Shown in pieces: positions 48,675-58,888 of a stretch of DNA of 60,651 nt (its first letter is position 1; each line of letters opens with the position of its first letter). The DNA is from Candidatus Saccharimonadales bacterium. Lineage in GTDB: Bacteria > Patescibacteriota > Saccharimonadia > Saccharimonadales > UBA10212. The stretch covers positions 80,722-141,372 of the forward strand of contig DATIHL010000011.1 in NCBI GenBank assembly GCA_035480715.1, written 5' to 3'. Position numbers and translations under genes: made by a program. The notes beneath the pieces were generated by a model. The model made no database searches. It was not told the DNA's origin and saw only the letters and a program-made list of their open reading frames with translations.

Positions 48675-49703
48675 ATGAACAGATACCCCGAGACTGAGAA
48701 AATTCAGGAGATTATAAACTCAGCCAAAAAAATCGTAATCGTGCAGGCGGACAATCCAGATATCGACAGTCTGGCAAGCTCGCTGGCGCTCGAATCTGTA
48801 TTGGGCGATTTAGGAAAGGAAATATATCTATATTGCGGCGTTGACATACCCTCGTACCTGCACTATTTACCTGGTTGGGGGCGCGTTATCAAAGATATGC
48901 CTAAACAGTTCGATGCTTCTATCATCGTTGATACCAGTAGCGACGCGTTGCTGGAACAGCTCCAAAAGAGTGGTGCTAAAAGCTGGCTGGCGACGCGACC
49001 GACGATTGTGCTGGATCATCATTCCACCGAAGCTACGATTACTTTTGCCAGTGTAATTTGCAATCATCCGGCCGTAGCGACCGGAGAAATTGTCTATGAA
49101 CTGGCTGGACAGCTGAGTTGGCGCTTAGACACGCAAGCCAAAGATCTTATTGCAATGGCGATTTTAAGCGATAGTCTTGGCTTAATGAGTCAATCTACCA
49201 CACCTCGCTCGATTCATATTATTGCGGAGCTTGTAGAAGCCGGAGTAAACTTGCCCGAACTTGAGAGTGCACGCCGTGAGACGCTCAGACGCGAGCCAGA
49301 GCTAATTCATTATAAGGGCGAGCTACTCAAGCGGGTGGAGTTCCATAGCGATAATCGAATTGCTATGGTTAGTATCCCATGGGAGGAGATAGAACGCTAC
49401 AGTCCTTTGTATAACCCATCAATGTTAGTGATCGATGATATGCGCCTAGGTAAAGGCACAGACATAGCCATTGCTTTTAAACTCTACAGAGACGGTAAAG
49501 TTACTGCCAAAATCCGCTGTAATTACGGCTGGGGAATGGCCGATAAGTTGGCTGAGCACTTTGGCGGTGGTGGCCACCCTCTGGCCAGCGGCTTTAAGGT
49601 TACTGATGGCCGCAGCCATGAACAGGTTAAGACGGAGACAATCCAGACGGCAACTAAATTATTAAGCGAGATTGAGCAGAAAAAAGCCAATGAAACTCCA
49701 TAA
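48675..49703 (+). CDS. DHH/DHHA1 phosphoesterase (second paralog)
   Basis: NPDIDS, LDHH, GGGGHP. Confidence 0.9.
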   Translation: MNRYPETEKIQEIINSAKKIVIVQADNPDIDSLASSLALESVLGDLGKEIYLYCGVDIPSYLHYLPGWGRVIKDMPKQFDASIIVDTSSDALLEQLQKSGAKSWLATRPTIVLDHHSTEATITFASVICNHPAVATGEIVYELAGQLSWRLDTQAKDLIAMAILSDSLGLMSQSTTPRSIHIIAELVEAGVNLPELESARRETLRREPELIHYKGELLKRVEFHSDNRIAMVSIPWEEIERYSPLYNPSMLVIDDMRLGKGTDIAIAFKLYRDGKVTAKIRCNYGWGMADKLAEHFGGGGHPLASGFKVTDGRSHEQVKTETIQTATKLLSEIEQKKANETP

Positions 49704-51117
49704 CACTCTGACTCGGAAAATCGAGGAATTTAAGCCCCTTCAGGACAAAATTGTGACCCTCTATAGCTGCGGCCCCACAGTCTATGACTACATGCACATA
49801 GGCAACCTCAGAAAATTCGTATTCGATGATACTTTGCGTAGAGCCCTCGAGGCCAATGGCTACAAGACTAAACACGCTATGAATATCACTGATGTCGGTC
49901 ATTTAGTCAGTGATTCCGACGAAGGCGAAGATAAATTAGAAAAAGGCGCTAAGCGCGAAGGAAAAACCGTTTGGGACGTAGCCAAACACTATACTGACTC
50001 TTTTAAAAAGGATGTGGCAGCTCTAAATATTTTAAAACCGAACGTGTCAGGCGGCCCAGACAACTACGCTAAAGCCACGGATTTTATTCCAGAGCAGATC
50101 GAGATGATAAAAATCCTACTGGAAAAAGGATTCGCTTATGAAACTCCCAAAGCCATTTATTTTGACGTTAGTAAGCTTAAAAACTACGGGGAATTAACAG
50201 GGCAGAAGCTTTCAGATAAAGAAGTAGCGGTGCGCAGTGATGTGGTAACCGATAAGAATAAGCGCAATCCGCAAGATTTTGCCCTTTGGTTCTTTACGGT
50301 TGATAGATTCGCCCACCACGATATGCACTGGAGTAGCCCTTGGGGTGAGGGATTCCCTGGATGGCATTTAGAGTGCTCGGCTATTATCCACACCCTGTTA
50401 GGCGACCCGATTGATATTCATACCGGCGGTGTTGATAATATCGGCACTCATCACGTTAACGAAATGGCCCAGACCGAAGCCGCTTTTGGCCATAAACTCG
50501 CAAACTACTGGGTGCATTGTGAGCATTTACTAGTCAACGATCAAAAAATGAGTAAAAGTCTGGGTAATTTTTACACTTTGGTAGACGTCATAAAAAAAGA
50601 CTACGATCCGCTGGCACTCAGGTTGCTTTTTCTGCAATCGCATTACCGCAGTCAAATGAACTTTAGCTGGGAATCTCTAGATGGAGCAGCCGAGTTTCTT
50701 AAAAAACTTAGGGCTTGGGCTGATTTAAAATTCCAATCCAACTTGGGTCATAAAAAAGGTGCCGGGGATTCATACAAGGAAGCGCTAGAGCACATACAGA
50801 GCGCTGTGAATGAAGATTTAAACACCGCTCAAGCTCTAGCTATCCTTGCTGGCCAGGCAAGCTTAGCTGAACAGGAAGGCGCTAATCCCGATAAGCTACA
50901 ACCTCTCCTCGAAAGACTCGATGAGTTGTTTGGGCTAAACTTGTCGAGCAGGGACGATATAACTGATCCAGCTAAACGGATTATCGGGCAACGTGAACAG
51001 ATGCGCAGGGATAAGAATTGGTCGGAGGCTGACCGCTTGCGTGATGAACTCGCTGAGCAGGGAATAGCCGTTGAAGATACCGAACATGGCCCGGTTTGGT
51101 CAAGAACTGATGCCTAA
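49690..51117 (+). CDS. cysS: Cysteine-tRNA ligase
   Basis: YSCGPTVY, HIGN, PGWHLECS, KMSKSLGN. Confidence 0.98.
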   Translation: MKLHNTLTRKIEEFKPLQDKIVTLYSCGPTVYDYMHIGNLRKFVFDDTLRRALEANGYKTKHAMNITDVGHLVSDSDEGEDKLEKGAKREGKTVWDVAKHYTDSFKKDVAALNILKPNVSGGPDNYAKATDFIPEQIEMIKILLEKGFAYETPKAIYFDVSKLKNYGELTGQKLSDKEVAVRSDVVTDKNKRNPQDFALWFFTVDRFAHHDMHWSSPWGEGFPGWHLECSAIIHTLLGDPIDIHTGGVDNIGTHHVNEMAQTEAAFGHKLANYWVHCEHLLVNDQKMSKSLGNFYTLVDVIKKDYDPLALRLLFLQSHYRSQMNFSWESLDGAAEFLKKLRAWADLKFQSNLGHKKGAGDSYKEALEHIQSAVNEDLNTAQALAILAGQASLAEQEGANPDKLQPLLERLDELFGLNLSSRDDITDPAKRIIGQREQMRRDKNWSEADRLRDELAEQGIAVEDTEHGPVWSRTDA

Positions 51118-51118
51118 A

Positions 51119-52213
51119 CTAGTCGTCGTAAGCGGCTTCGGGATGCGGTAGCTTTCGGCGATGTTCAAAGTGGTCTTCCAGTAGGATTTTGACCGTGCTG
51201 GCTGCCGGGATAGCTATAATAGCGCCCAAGAAACCGCCAAAACCAACCCCAAGAATGGCTGCTATTAGCACCGTGAGGGGTGTCAATTCGTTAAGCCGAG
51301 ATTGAAGATAGGGCTGGAAGGTATGATTTTCGACAAAGAAGTAAATAATAAAATATATCAGCATGACTAGGGCAAGTGATCCCGAATTGAGCAGACAGAC
51401 TAAAATCACGATTGCGGCTGCAATCGGGTTGCCGAAAAGTGGAATGATACCAAAAACCGCCACTATTCCAGCCAGGGCTATGGCGTTAATCGATACATCC
51501 AGAACTTGCGAAGCTATTTCTAAAGCTACAAGGGCAAACGAAGCCGCAACGGCCGCCAATATTACCTGACCATTAACAAAAGCCGTCACGGATCTGTACA
51601 TTCTATTCGCAACCTTTTGATATCTGCCGCGCTTCTTTTCGGACAAATTTCCCCATAATAGCTCTAGCCACTGCGGACCTTCTACGAGCATCATAAATGT
51701 CAAAACTAACACGACTAGGATGGAAACTACGGCTTCTGCGATTCTTTTACCTGTATCTAAAATCGTGCTACCAAAGTTGCTGTAGTGGGAAGCAAAATCC
51801 CGTGCTCCTTGTGTCAGTTTTGTATCCAGATGATAACGATGAACAGTTCTAGCCAAACCCGTATCTTGGCTCTGGAAGCTTTGGACTATATTTGGCACGT
51901 CGTTGACGAAATCGCGTGTCTGTCTAACTAGGGGTGGAGTGATCAGCGCAAAAAAGGCTGCCAATATAACTATCGCTGTTAAATATGCCACTGCCGTGGC
52001 TCTTACGCGGCTCTTTATCTTCAGGTGTCGGCTTATCCACCCGACAGCTGGGTTTAGCGCCAAAGCCAGGAAAAAGGCCGCAAAAATCAGCGTTAGCGCA
52101 TGGGCTACGCGGCCCATAAATCGATAGGCCATGATAGCCACAAAAATCCAAATGATTACACGCACAATAGTTTTATTGGATATATTAATATTCATATTTC
52201 TGAGGGGCTGCAT
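51119..52213 (-). CDS. AI-2E family transporter
   Basis: ALALNP, GQV, IPLFG, ENH..QP, GAIIAIP; start uncertain (52213 or 52195). Confidence 0.9.
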   Translation of the reverse strand: MQPLRNMNINISNKTIVRVIIWIFVAIMAYRFMGRVAHALTLIFAAFFLALALNPAVGWISRHLKIKSRVRATAVAYLTAIVILAAFFALITPPLVRQTRDFVNDVPNIVQSFQSQDTGLARTVHRYHLDTKLTQGARDFASHYSNFGSTILDTGKRIAEAVVSILVVLVLTFMMLVEGPQWLELLWGNLSEKKRGRYQKVANRMYRSVTAFVNGQVILAAVAASFALVALEIASQVLDVSINAIALAGIVAVFGIIPLFGNPIAAAIVILVCLLNSGSLALVMLIYFIIYFFVENHTFQPYLQSRLNELTPLTVLIAAILGVGFGGFLGAIIAIPAASTVKILLEDHFEHRRKLPHPEAAYDD

Positions 52214-52217
52214 AGCG

Positions 52218-53375
52218 TCAATTATGCCTGCTTTTAGCTCTAGAGGCAATCGCGCGGCGATAAATACTTACAAGGTGAGGGCCAACTTCTGCTACATCAT
52301 ATTTTTTAACCTGATCTACCTGCCATTTATGAAGCTGGTTTGACAGTTGCTCATTAATAAGAAGTTCCTGTAGTCTTTTGGCAAATTGCTCAGAGTCGCG
52401 CTGATCGATTAACAGCTCGCTTTTTTCGGCTAGAACGGCAGAGTAACCGACGTTATTGCCAGCCAATACTACTTTTGAGCCTGCAGCCATTGCCTCTATT
52501 AGAACAATGCCGAAACTTTCGCCGTACAAGGACGGAAAACAAGCAATATCAGCACTGGCCAGTAGTGCCGGCTTGTCGCGTTCGTTAATATAGCCCAGAA
52601 ATTTAACTGAGTCAGAAAGTTTGTGTCTTTTGACAAAGCTCTCTAGCTTTGAGCGTTGCGGCCCATCGCCAGCAATCGTCAGACTAGCATCCGGCACGGA
52701 GCGTTTAAGCATAGCAAACGCCCTTAGCAGATGCATGCAGCCTTTGCGCTCTACTAATCTGCCGAGGAAAACTATTTTTTTAGAACCCTTCGTCGCACCT
52801 TCTGCTTTACCGAACTTTGAAAGATTAATGACATTTGGCTCAACAATTGAATCAATACCAAAAGATTTTTTGGCGTATGACTGAGCTGCCGTGCTGACGC
52901 TCATTTGAAGATCAAATCGTCTAAGGCTTCCTCCGTAAATGACTTTTAGAATTTTCGAACCAAAGATAGTTAGCTGGTTAGCGGGATAGACGTGGAAGGT
53001 GCCGACTACTGCAGTTTGAGGGCCAATTCGATTAATAACCCGCTGAGCCATAAAAGGCGAATACGGGACCTGGACGTGTAATACGTCAAAACGGTTATTT
53101 TTCAGGACCTGGTTAATTTTGCTCAAGCGGGGTATTAAAGACATAGAAAGCCTATTTCCGCCCCACTTAACGCTTAAATTTTTTGATAAGGAGTAGATTT
53201 TACCTCCGTCCCACTCGGGCATTTTTGTTTCACCTACCAAATAACTAACGCTATGTCCCTGTGCGCTTAGCCACGCGCCAAGAGTCTTAACATACTGGGC
53301 TACGCCATCGGAACTATCGAGCGTGTCGTCGTACAAAAACCCGATGGATAAGCCTTTTCGGTCTTTTTTCGTCAT
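52218..53375 (-). CDS. GT4 glycosyltransferase, PimA-like
   Basis: DGVAQY, GTFH, GRLVERKG, GESFGIVLIEAMA. Confidence 0.9.
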   Translation of the reverse strand: MTKKDRKGLSIGFLYDDTLDSSDGVAQYVKTLGAWLSAQGHSVSYLVGETKMPEWDGGKIYSLSKNLSVKWGGNRLSMSLIPRLSKINQVLKNNRFDVLHVQVPYSPFMAQRVINRIGPQTAVVGTFHVYPANQLTIFGSKILKVIYGGSLRRFDLQMSVSTAAQSYAKKSFGIDSIVEPNVINLSKFGKAEGATKGSKKIVFLGRLVERKGCMHLLRAFAMLKRSVPDASLTIAGDGPQRSKLESFVKRHKLSDSVKFLGYINERDKPALLASADIACFPSLYGESFGIVLIEAMAAGSKVVLAGNNVGYSAVLAEKSELLIDQRDSEQFAKRLQELLINEQLSNQLHKWQVDQVKKYDVAEVGPHLVSIYRRAIASRAKSRHN

Positions 53376-54564
53376 CTTTAACTGCCGACCTTCCTCTGCG
53401 CTCTTCTGTTAGCAGCTGTAATGCCTCTTTATAAGCTGCTTCATATTGTCCTATGATCTTCTGGTAGTTATATTTCTTGACTTCTCTTAGACCCCACGAG
53501 CGTAGCATCCCATTGATTTTATCATCAGTCATAAATATGCTTAGCCGGTCTGCAAATTCCTCAGTGGCCTTAGAGTCTACCAACCCGATTTTGCCATGAT
53601 CGGTCAAAACATTTATATAGCCGGCGTTCCTGCCGGCAATCACTGGCGCACCCATAGCCATGGCTTCAATAAGCACAATGCCGAAACTTTCGCCAAACAT
53701 CGCTGGACTGCAAAAAACATCAGCATTACCCATTAAGCGCCTTTTTTCCGCTTCGTTGACATAGCCCGTAAAATGAATATTTTTTATCCCAAGTGAATCA
53801 GCTAGCTGTTCCAGCTTGTTACGCCTTGTGCCTTCGCCGGCAATAATAAGATAGGCATTGGGCATCTTGGTCTCCAACAGTGCAAAGGCTTTGATTAGCC
53901 AATCGATGCCTTTGCGTCTATCAAGTCGACCCACAAAAACGACTGTTTTGGTGTTAGGCCCATTTAGGGGCAGTCGTTTTTTTGGTGGTTTATAAGCGTC
54001 TAGGTCAATCCCGTTAGGAATATACCTTATATTTTCGATTAGTTTCTTCTCCTTGACGTTGCCATTAGCTTTGCTAAGCAGCAGCGAAGCGGGCGCCGGC
54101 GAAACAGCCGTTAGTACGTGCATTTTTTGCCCAATGCCACGACCATAAGGCATAAAAACATTTACCCAAGATTTAGCAGCGGCGTTATCAACAAGATTAG
54201 CGTGGAATGTACCGACGTGAGCAGCCTTAGAGTGTTTCAGCATTTGCCAGGCTAAAATTGGCACCCATGGTTCGTGAAAATTTATAACATCAAATTTCTC
54301 TTTTCGGAGAATTTTGTCTATTTCTTCACGATCTGACGGCATCCCCCAGTCACCGGAAACGCCCAAACCGCCTTTAAAATCCCGCATGGCGCCAAACAAA
54401 ATATAATCTTCGGGTGCATCGCCTTTAAAACCCGAGGGGCGCTGTGTGATTACCTTGACCGAATGCCCTTTTTTAGTTAAACCATCATGCAAGTGAGTGA
54501 CCAACTGTTGCACGCCGCCAGTGCGTTCAAACATATTATAAGGACAAACAAGGGCAATTTTCAT
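53314..54564 (-). CDS. GT4 glycosyltransferase, PimA-like
   Basis: MKIALVCPY..GGVQ, HEP, GTFHA, GESFGIVLIEAMA. Confidence 0.92.
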   Translation of the reverse strand: MKIALVCPYNMFERTGGVQQLVTHLHDGLTKKGHSVKVITQRPSGFKGDAPEDYILFGAMRDFKGGLGVSGDWGMPSDREEIDKILRKEKFDVINFHEPWVPILAWQMLKHSKAAHVGTFHANLVDNAAAKSWVNVFMPYGRGIGQKMHVLTAVSPAPASLLLSKANGNVKEKKLIENIRYIPNGIDLDAYKPPKKRLPLNGPNTKTVVFVGRLDRRKGIDWLIKAFALLETKMPNAYLIIAGEGTRRNKLEQLADSLGIKNIHFTGYVNEAEKRRLMGNADVFCSPAMFGESFGIVLIEAMAMGAPVIAGRNAGYINVLTDHGKIGLVDSKATEEFADRLSIFMTDDKINGMLRSWGLREVKKYNYQKIIGQYEAAYKEALQLLTEERRGRSAVKDDEKRPKRLIHRVFVRRHAR

Positions 54565-54579
54565 CTGCTTAGTATACCG

Positions 54580-55512
54580 TTAATCCAACTCGTTGAATAT
54601 TTTTATAAATTTCTTGGGTACGAAGAAATTAGCCTCTTTGGCGGTTGCTACCACCGATGGCGCGTGTGTGGGAGTTATAATTTTGCCTAGAATAAAGTCA
54701 GAGTAAATCATCCGCATATGCTGTTCGACCCGCACGCCGTTAAAGTAGTGGTCACCGACCACCCCAGCGTGATATATGGGTAATGCAATGTGGCCAAGCG
54801 ATGGAAGGGCCAGGTTAAACATCATATTAGCGGTTGCCATATATGTTCTGGTGTCATCACCGCGCCACAATAAAACCTCCATTTCGATAGCCGATTGTAG
54901 GTCCTCGCCGATTTTATCTCTGAACTTTTGTTTAGCGTTAAACATGTGGCGATAAATATATCGGATATACACCGGCCTTAATATAAGGTGTCTAAAGAAC
55001 GCCGCTGGTAACCGATGCGAAAATAAAGCGGTGCCCGAGCGGTAAATCATTGACCGCTTTTTACTAAACTTAAAGTCATCAGTATGCGTAAAGCCGGCTA
55101 TACTCACTACCATATCTATTTTTTTAGTCAGCTCAGGATACTTCTGTAACATTCTGGTAATAATAACTACGCCTAGGCTATAGCCGGCTACAACAAACCG
55201 CTTATTGCGATAACGCAGTTTAACGAATGCTGCCAGATAGTCTGCAAAATTATCAAGAGTGGCTTTTTCGCTGATTTTGTAAAATGGGTCCATGCCGCCA
55301 AAACCAGGTAAATCAGGCACTGTAACTCCGGCATACTTGTTAAGCAGCTCGGCTACGCCAAAATAGCGCTCTAGATTTGCATGATGGCCGTAAACAAACA
55401 AAACCTCCAACCTCTTCTTCTTTGGAGGTTGCATCCGTAACATCCGTCCAGATAGCCCATTGATATATAAGGGCAGAATATAATCTGCCGGTTTTTTGGC
55501 AGTTTTTGGCAT
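54580..55512 (-). CDS. Alpha/beta hydrolase
   Basis: PDLPGFG, GYSLG nucleophile elbow, C-terminal His. Confidence 0.85.
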   Translation of the reverse strand: MPKTAKKPADYILPLYINGLSGRMLRMQPPKKKRLEVLFVYGHHANLERYFGVAELLNKYAGVTVPDLPGFGGMDPFYKISEKATLDNFADYLAAFVKLRYRNKRFVVAGYSLGVVIITRMLQKYPELTKKIDMVVSIAGFTHTDDFKFSKKRSMIYRSGTALFSHRLPAAFFRHLILRPVYIRYIYRHMFNAKQKFRDKIGEDLQSAIEMEVLLWRGDDTRTYMATANMMFNLALPSLGHIALPIYHAGVVGDHYFNGVRVEQHMRMIYSDFILGKIITPTHAPSVVATAKEANFFVPKKFIKIFNELD

Positions 55513-55602
55513 AACTAATCAAATTATACGATTTTTGCCCCTGTTTGGAAACTGCTTAACAGTAGTAATTTGACCCAAAAAAGGCTAAAATATTGCGTGT
55601 AT

Positions 55603-55677
55603 TGGGACGTGGCCAAGTGGTAAGGCACCAGGTTTTGGTCCTGGCATTCGTAGGTTCGAATCCTACCGTCCCAGCCA
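55603..55677 (+). tRNA. tRNA-Gln(TTG)
   Basis: Acceptor TGGGACG/CGTCCCA, loop TTTTGGT, GTTCGAATCC, CCA end. Confidence 0.96.
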
Positions 55678-55750
55678 TTTTCGTATATAAATTTGTGGGG
55701 TGAAGATCGAAACCCTCTTGAAGATTGACTAAGTCCACTGCCTCGGTCGA

Positions 55751-56368
55751 CTAAAATAGTATATCCTTTTCTAAAACCGTGTAGCCAAGCACTGAGTTGA
55801 TGATTCCCAGAGCGACGGGTACTTCATCGGATAACCCAGCTGGGTTACCTGTAAGATCGCTGACCACTATGACATTATAACCATGCCCATTTGCTCCGAA
55901 TGCTGTTCCTAGAACACATCTTGAAGTGAAACCACCGATGATAATAACTTTCTTAACTCCTTTTGTTTTTAGATATACATCCAGATCAGTTTGAGCGAAG
56001 GCGTCGTAATATTTTTTTATTATGACCTTTTCGTCATTGTCAGGACCCAACCCATTAAAGTCAAAATTCTTACTATTGGGGCTAGAGATTGTGGGGGTAT
56101 TATCGGCTTTCATCTTATTTCGTATATTGGGCGGAGATAGCTCAACGTCCTCAATCATTTGTGTCCAAATAACTTCCAACCCCTTTGACCTGGACAGTCT
56201 TATGAAACTATCTATTTTAGGCACTAGGTTATTAAAAGGATTAACCTTGTTATTTGGTGGTTTACCAAAGACTCGATTGTTGGTTGTATAGCTTATTTGT
56301 TTATCTATAACCAGAAGAGCCGTGTTTACGGGGCCTAAATTATCTACCACCATCGTATTCTTCAACAT
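55751..56368 (-). CDS. Isochorismatase-family cysteine hydrolase
   Basis: ALLVID, KKYYDAF, TSRCV (Asp-Lys-Cys triad). Confidence 0.88.
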   Translation of the reverse strand: MLKNTMVVDNLGPVNTALLVIDKQISYTTNNRVFGKPPNNKVNPFNNLVPKIDSFIRLSRSKGLEVIWTQMIEDVELSPPNIRNKMKADNTPTISSPNSKNFDFNGLGPDNDEKVIIKKYYDAFAQTDLDVYLKTKGVKKVIIIGGFTSRCVLGTAFGANGHGYNVIVVSDLTGNPAGLSDEVPVALGIINSVLGYTVLEKDILF

Positions 56369-57212
56369 TAATGACCTTATCAGTCATATCAGGGTAGGGA
56401 TTTGGATAGTCTGCCAGTCTAACCTTCTCGCCACTTGGGATTTTCGCTTCGCCAATCTCTACTATAATCCTCGGGTAATACGGCAAGAGATCCATATTAA
56501 CAAATAGATTATGCAAAGGCTTCCACGTCCATATTCCCTTTTGCCACTTTAGATTATTTAAATCTCGTAGCACTAGAACTAGTAAAATCAAGGCACTGGC
56601 TAGAATGGTTATGAGTATTGATTGAAACGCATCGTGGCGAGTTATGAGATAAAGATTAAATACGACAACAAAGGTCAAACTCCATACACTAATCCATTCA
56701 AATATAGATATTCTTTGAGTAGTTATTGTTTCTATCTGAACTCGGTTAGATGATGAAATATTTAAAGTTTTAATCATTGAATCGAGAACCATTTTTTGTT
56801 TATCATTTTTAACTTCGAGGTTGATTATATACTCATACAATTTATGGAAGGTGTCCCCGGAACGATCAAAATCATCAAGCCTGTAGTCAATCTGGTCGAT
56901 TAAGTATGCATCCATGAGCTTTCGTATTTTGTCTTGAATTTCATCCCCAAAGACAGAAGATAACCTATAAACAAGTAAGTTATTTGCGTTCTCGGTTTTT
57001 AAGAGTTGATTTACTCTATTGAGCCTACCGCGGCTATTTGATATAGAAAATCCGATGAATATACCAAAAATTCCTGCAGCCGCCGAACTATAAGTCGGTA
57101 AATCACCCTCGCCTGGTTTAACCAATACTAGAGTCAGAAAAGCTATCGTAAACAATACAATTATTGACGACGTGCGTGTTAAATAATCCATCATTAGCTC
57201 CAAGTCTAGCAT
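56340..57212 (-). CDS. Membrane protein, DUF4239/bestrophin-like
   Basis: Two pairs of TM helices separated by a helical soluble region; DLNN after the last TM; AT-rich. Confidence 0.55.
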   Translation of the reverse strand: MLDLELMMDYLTRTSSIIVLFTIAFLTLVLVKPGEGDLPTYSSAAAGIFGIFIGFSISNSRGRLNRVNQLLKTENANNLLVYRLSSVFGDEIQDKIRKLMDAYLIDQIDYRLDDFDRSGDTFHKLYEYIINLEVKNDKQKMVLDSMIKTLNISSSNRVQIETITTQRISIFEWISVWSLTFVVVFNLYLITRHDAFQSILITILASALILLVLVLRDLNNLKWQKGIWTWKPLHNLFVNMDLLPYYPRIIVEIGEAKIPSGEKVRLADYPNPYPDMTDKVINVEEYDGGR

Positions 57213-57300
57213 AAAAAGTATGTCCGTATAGAACACAAAGAACACGGAGATTAATTCTTACTAGACCGAGATGCCAAGTCATTTCTGATATCCTGAACAG

Positions 57301-57981
57301 GTGGGTGATAAAATAATTTTCCGGCAAATAACTTCGACCAAACCAATAGTTAAATATCTCGAGGAGACTATAAATACTCATCTAGACATGGGTCAGAAAG
57401 TCTTGTGGCTTGTGCCGGGTGGATCGAGTATAAATATCGCAACTGAAGTCAGTAAGCTTCTTTCCAGGAATCACCTAAGCAACTTGGTCGTTACTTTAAC
57501 AGATGAAAGGTATGGGCCGATTGGTCACAAAGATTCAAACTGGCTACAGTTAAAAAAGGCCGGCTTTAGTTTACCAAAAGCTAAATTGATACCTCTATTA
57601 GGCGGAGATAGTTTAGGTGCAGTAGTCCGACGTTATAACAATGTTATAACGGATGCATTGAAGACGGTGGATTATAGCCTAGGATTATTCGGCGTAGGAG
57701 GAGATGGACATATTACTGGAGTAAAACCCGGCAGTTCGGCCGTAAACTCGGAAGATTTAGCTGCCGGTTATGCGTGGGAAGATTACACTCGCATAACAAT
57801 GACGCCAAGAGCTATCAAGATGCTTGATGAAGCAGTTGTTTATATGGTGGGCGAAGAAAAGCATGAAGTTATAAAATCGCTGGGCGAGGAAAATGTTCCT
57901 ATTGAAGAACAGCCGGCCCAAATTCTTAAACAATTAAAGAAAGTAACGGTCTATAATGATTATCTAGGAGAAAATACATGA
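57301..57981 (+). CDS. pgl: 6-phosphogluconolactonase-like protein
   Basis: PGGSS, TDERY...DSN, GVGGDGH, RITMT; adjacent to gnd. Confidence 0.82.
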   Translation: MGDKIIFRQITSTKPIVKYLEETINTHLDMGQKVLWLVPGGSSINIATEVSKLLSRNHLSNLVVTLTDERYGPIGHKDSNWLQLKKAGFSLPKAKLIPLLGGDSLGAVVRRYNNVITDALKTVDYSLGLFGVGGDGHITGVKPGSSAVNSEDLAAGYAWEDYTRITMTPRAIKMLDEAVVYMVGEEKHEVIKSLGEENVPIEEQPAQILKQLKKVTVYNDYLGENT

Positions 57982-58886
57982 AGATCGCAATACATGGGCT
58001 GGGAAGAATGGGCGCGCAAATTGCCAGAAAATTAGCTGAAAACGGTCATGAAGTTATTGCACATAACCGCAGCAAGGAGCCCATTGATGAGGCTGCAAAG
58101 CATGACGCCAAGGCAGCATACGAAAAAGAAGACGTTCTAGCCGCTTTTAAAGATAGTCGCCTAGTTTTATGGCTGATGCTTCCTTCCGACATTGTTGATG
58201 CGGAACTCGAAAAATGGCTGAGGATCGCACCAAAGGCCAGCTTATTTGTCGATGGTGGTAATTCTGACTTCCGCCAGACCAAAAAAAGAGCCCAGAAAAT
58301 AGCCGAGAATGGATCGAGCCTGCTAGATATTGGGGTCAGTGGCGGTGTGTGGGGTTACAAAAATGGCTTCTCGATGATGGTTGGCGGCGATGAAGACGAT
58401 TATAAGCTTATCGAACCTGCCTTGAAGACTTTGGCGCAGCCCAGTGGCGCTTATCAATATTTTGGTCCAAGCGGAGCAGGGCACTATGTAAAAATGGTCC
58501 ATAACGCTATCGAGTACGGCATGATGGAATCACTGGCTGAGGGTTATCGCATACTCAAGGAAGGTCCATATGAAAATATTGATTTAGCGGCAGCAGGTGA
58601 AGTTTGGCAACACGGTAGCGTAGTAACTAGCTGGTTAAATGAACTAAGTAGGGATGCGTTGGCAGAAAACCCTACTCTCGAAGGTATAGACGGTGTGGTA
58701 GCAGAAAGCGGTGAAACACGATGGACGCTGGAAACAGCTAAGGAATTAGACGTCGATCTGCCGGCCATACAAACGGCTTTTGATGTCCGACTCAAAAGCC
58801 AACAAGGCCATACGAACTTTGCGACTAAACTATTGGCAGCGATGCGAAATAAATTCGGCGGCCATAGTATTAATCCCGGCGAGTAA
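57978..58886 (+). CDS. gnd: 6-phosphogluconate dehydrogenase (decarboxylating, short type)
   Basis: GLGRMG, DGGNS, VSGG, VKMVHNAIEYG, RNKFGGH. Confidence 0.96.
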   Translation: MKIAIHGLGRMGAQIARKLAENGHEVIAHNRSKEPIDEAAKHDAKAAYEKEDVLAAFKDSRLVLWLMLPSDIVDAELEKWLRIAPKASLFVDGGNSDFRQTKKRAQKIAENGSSLLDIGVSGGVWGYKNGFSMMVGGDEDDYKLIEPALKTLAQPSGAYQYFGPSGAGHYVKMVHNAIEYGMMESLAEGYRILKEGPYENIDLAAAGEVWQHGSVVTSWLNELSRDALAENPTLEGIDGVVAESGETRWTLETAKELDVDLPAIQTAFDVRLKSQQGHTNFATKLLAAMRNKFGGHSINPGE

Positions 58887-58888
58887 AT

